From NCBI RefSeq assembly GCF_004010195.1, contig NC_057725.1, positions 55,761,312 to 55,825,311 of the forward strand: a stretch of 64,000 nt of DNA. Reading direction: 5' to 3'. Made by a program: the position numbers and the translations under genes. Under the pieces are notes generated by a model. That model made no database searches. It was not told the origin of the DNA and saw only the letters and a list, made by a program, of their open reading frames with translations. The DNA is from Chiloscyllium plagiosum. Lineage: Eukaryota. Positions 63,055-64,000 of this stretch are shown in pieces; positions within the stretch are counted from its first letter, which is position 1; every line of letters begins with the position of its first letter.

Positions 63055-64000
63055 ATAGAACATAGAACAATACAGCACAGAACAGGCCCTTCGGCCCACG
63101 ATGTTGTGTCGAACTTCTAACCTAGATTTGATACTCCTTGCGTTGAAGTATACGCACTTGAGCCCATCTCTGTGTCCATATAGATCATATCCACCACTCT
63201 GCCTTCATCAATCCAGTTTGTTACTTCTTCAGAAAAACTCCATTAAGTTAGCTTTGCACTCCATCTTAAACATCATGAGACTTTTGAATGGAATTTTCTT
63301 TTGAAGTCTTAGAGCAGCATTGCAGAGAAATTTCTTCTCCAATGTTCCCTGCAGAATAATTGGAACAGAAATCTAATTGTCATTAATAATATAAATTGCC
63401 TCAAAATGAATGCTGTCTTTCTTCGCTCTGTTTCTTTTTAGATAATTTATGTGTACGAATATCAATACATTTTAAACTGCACATGTAACCAGATATATCA
63501 AAATATTGCATATTTCTGAGTAACACATAGGAAGACTTGTTAGCTGAAGTAACCATGTGTCCTACCAAACCCCTTTTCAGTGCCTGGCTTATTGATTCTA
63601 TTATAAAGCCTGGTATTGATGTAATTTACAGTCATACACAAATGAGCAATATAATCAGATTCTCCAGAATATAGTTGAAAGCCAGTAGAACGTATTCCAG
63701 CATCGCAGAGAGCTAGATGTTTTAACAGAGAAATGTAACAAAGGGACCTGTAAGCACCAAGAGAAACACTTCTTCTGCTATTGTGTTGGAGCTGCCAATT
63801 CATTTTGTTTTTCTCCTTCATCAGTTTAGTGCAAATTAGCTCTTGCTCATTTTTTGGGATTTGGATTTTAAATGATGGGTAAGGAGCCTGACAGCATCTT
63901 GCATTCTTCTGGGTTTCATCCTGACTGGTTTGAAAGTGAGCCAGCAACCTTTTTTATTTTTTGCAGAAGTCAGGTTAGTAAAATATTCCAAGAGCTTAGT

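Noticed and set aside
26200-64000. SAMM50, SULT4A1, CRACR2B or CD151 exons as synteny markers
   Set aside because: No recognisable peptide found by eye; very short exons could have been missed.

Overview
Vertebrate genomic DNA. The repeat content (HE1-type V-SINEs, CR1/HER1-type LINEs, a DeuSINE) indicates a shark or other elasmobranch. The first ~26 kb holds the 3' half of a PNPLA2/ATGL-type lipase gene on the + strand: six coding exons equivalent to human exons 5-10 with consistent splice phases, a stop at 22469 and a probable long 3' UTR. The rest is mostly transposon-derived or intergenic. It includes a tRNA-Leu pseudogene, a promoter-like region at ~39.3-39.95 kb with a dense MYB-motif cluster, two N gaps, and a 1.67-kb duplication across one gap that is probably an assembly artefact. 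The most notable unannotated signal is two families of short, often fold-back, Penelope-derived insertions flanked by 10-16 bp direct repeats. Both carry minimal hammerhead-ribozyme cores (CUGANGA, stem II, GAAA, palindromic ACGU or AGCU), and one locus has a tandem pair. GIY-YIG-encoding Penelope fragments also occur. Repeat boundaries are approximate and family names come from recalled consensus features, not from a database search.
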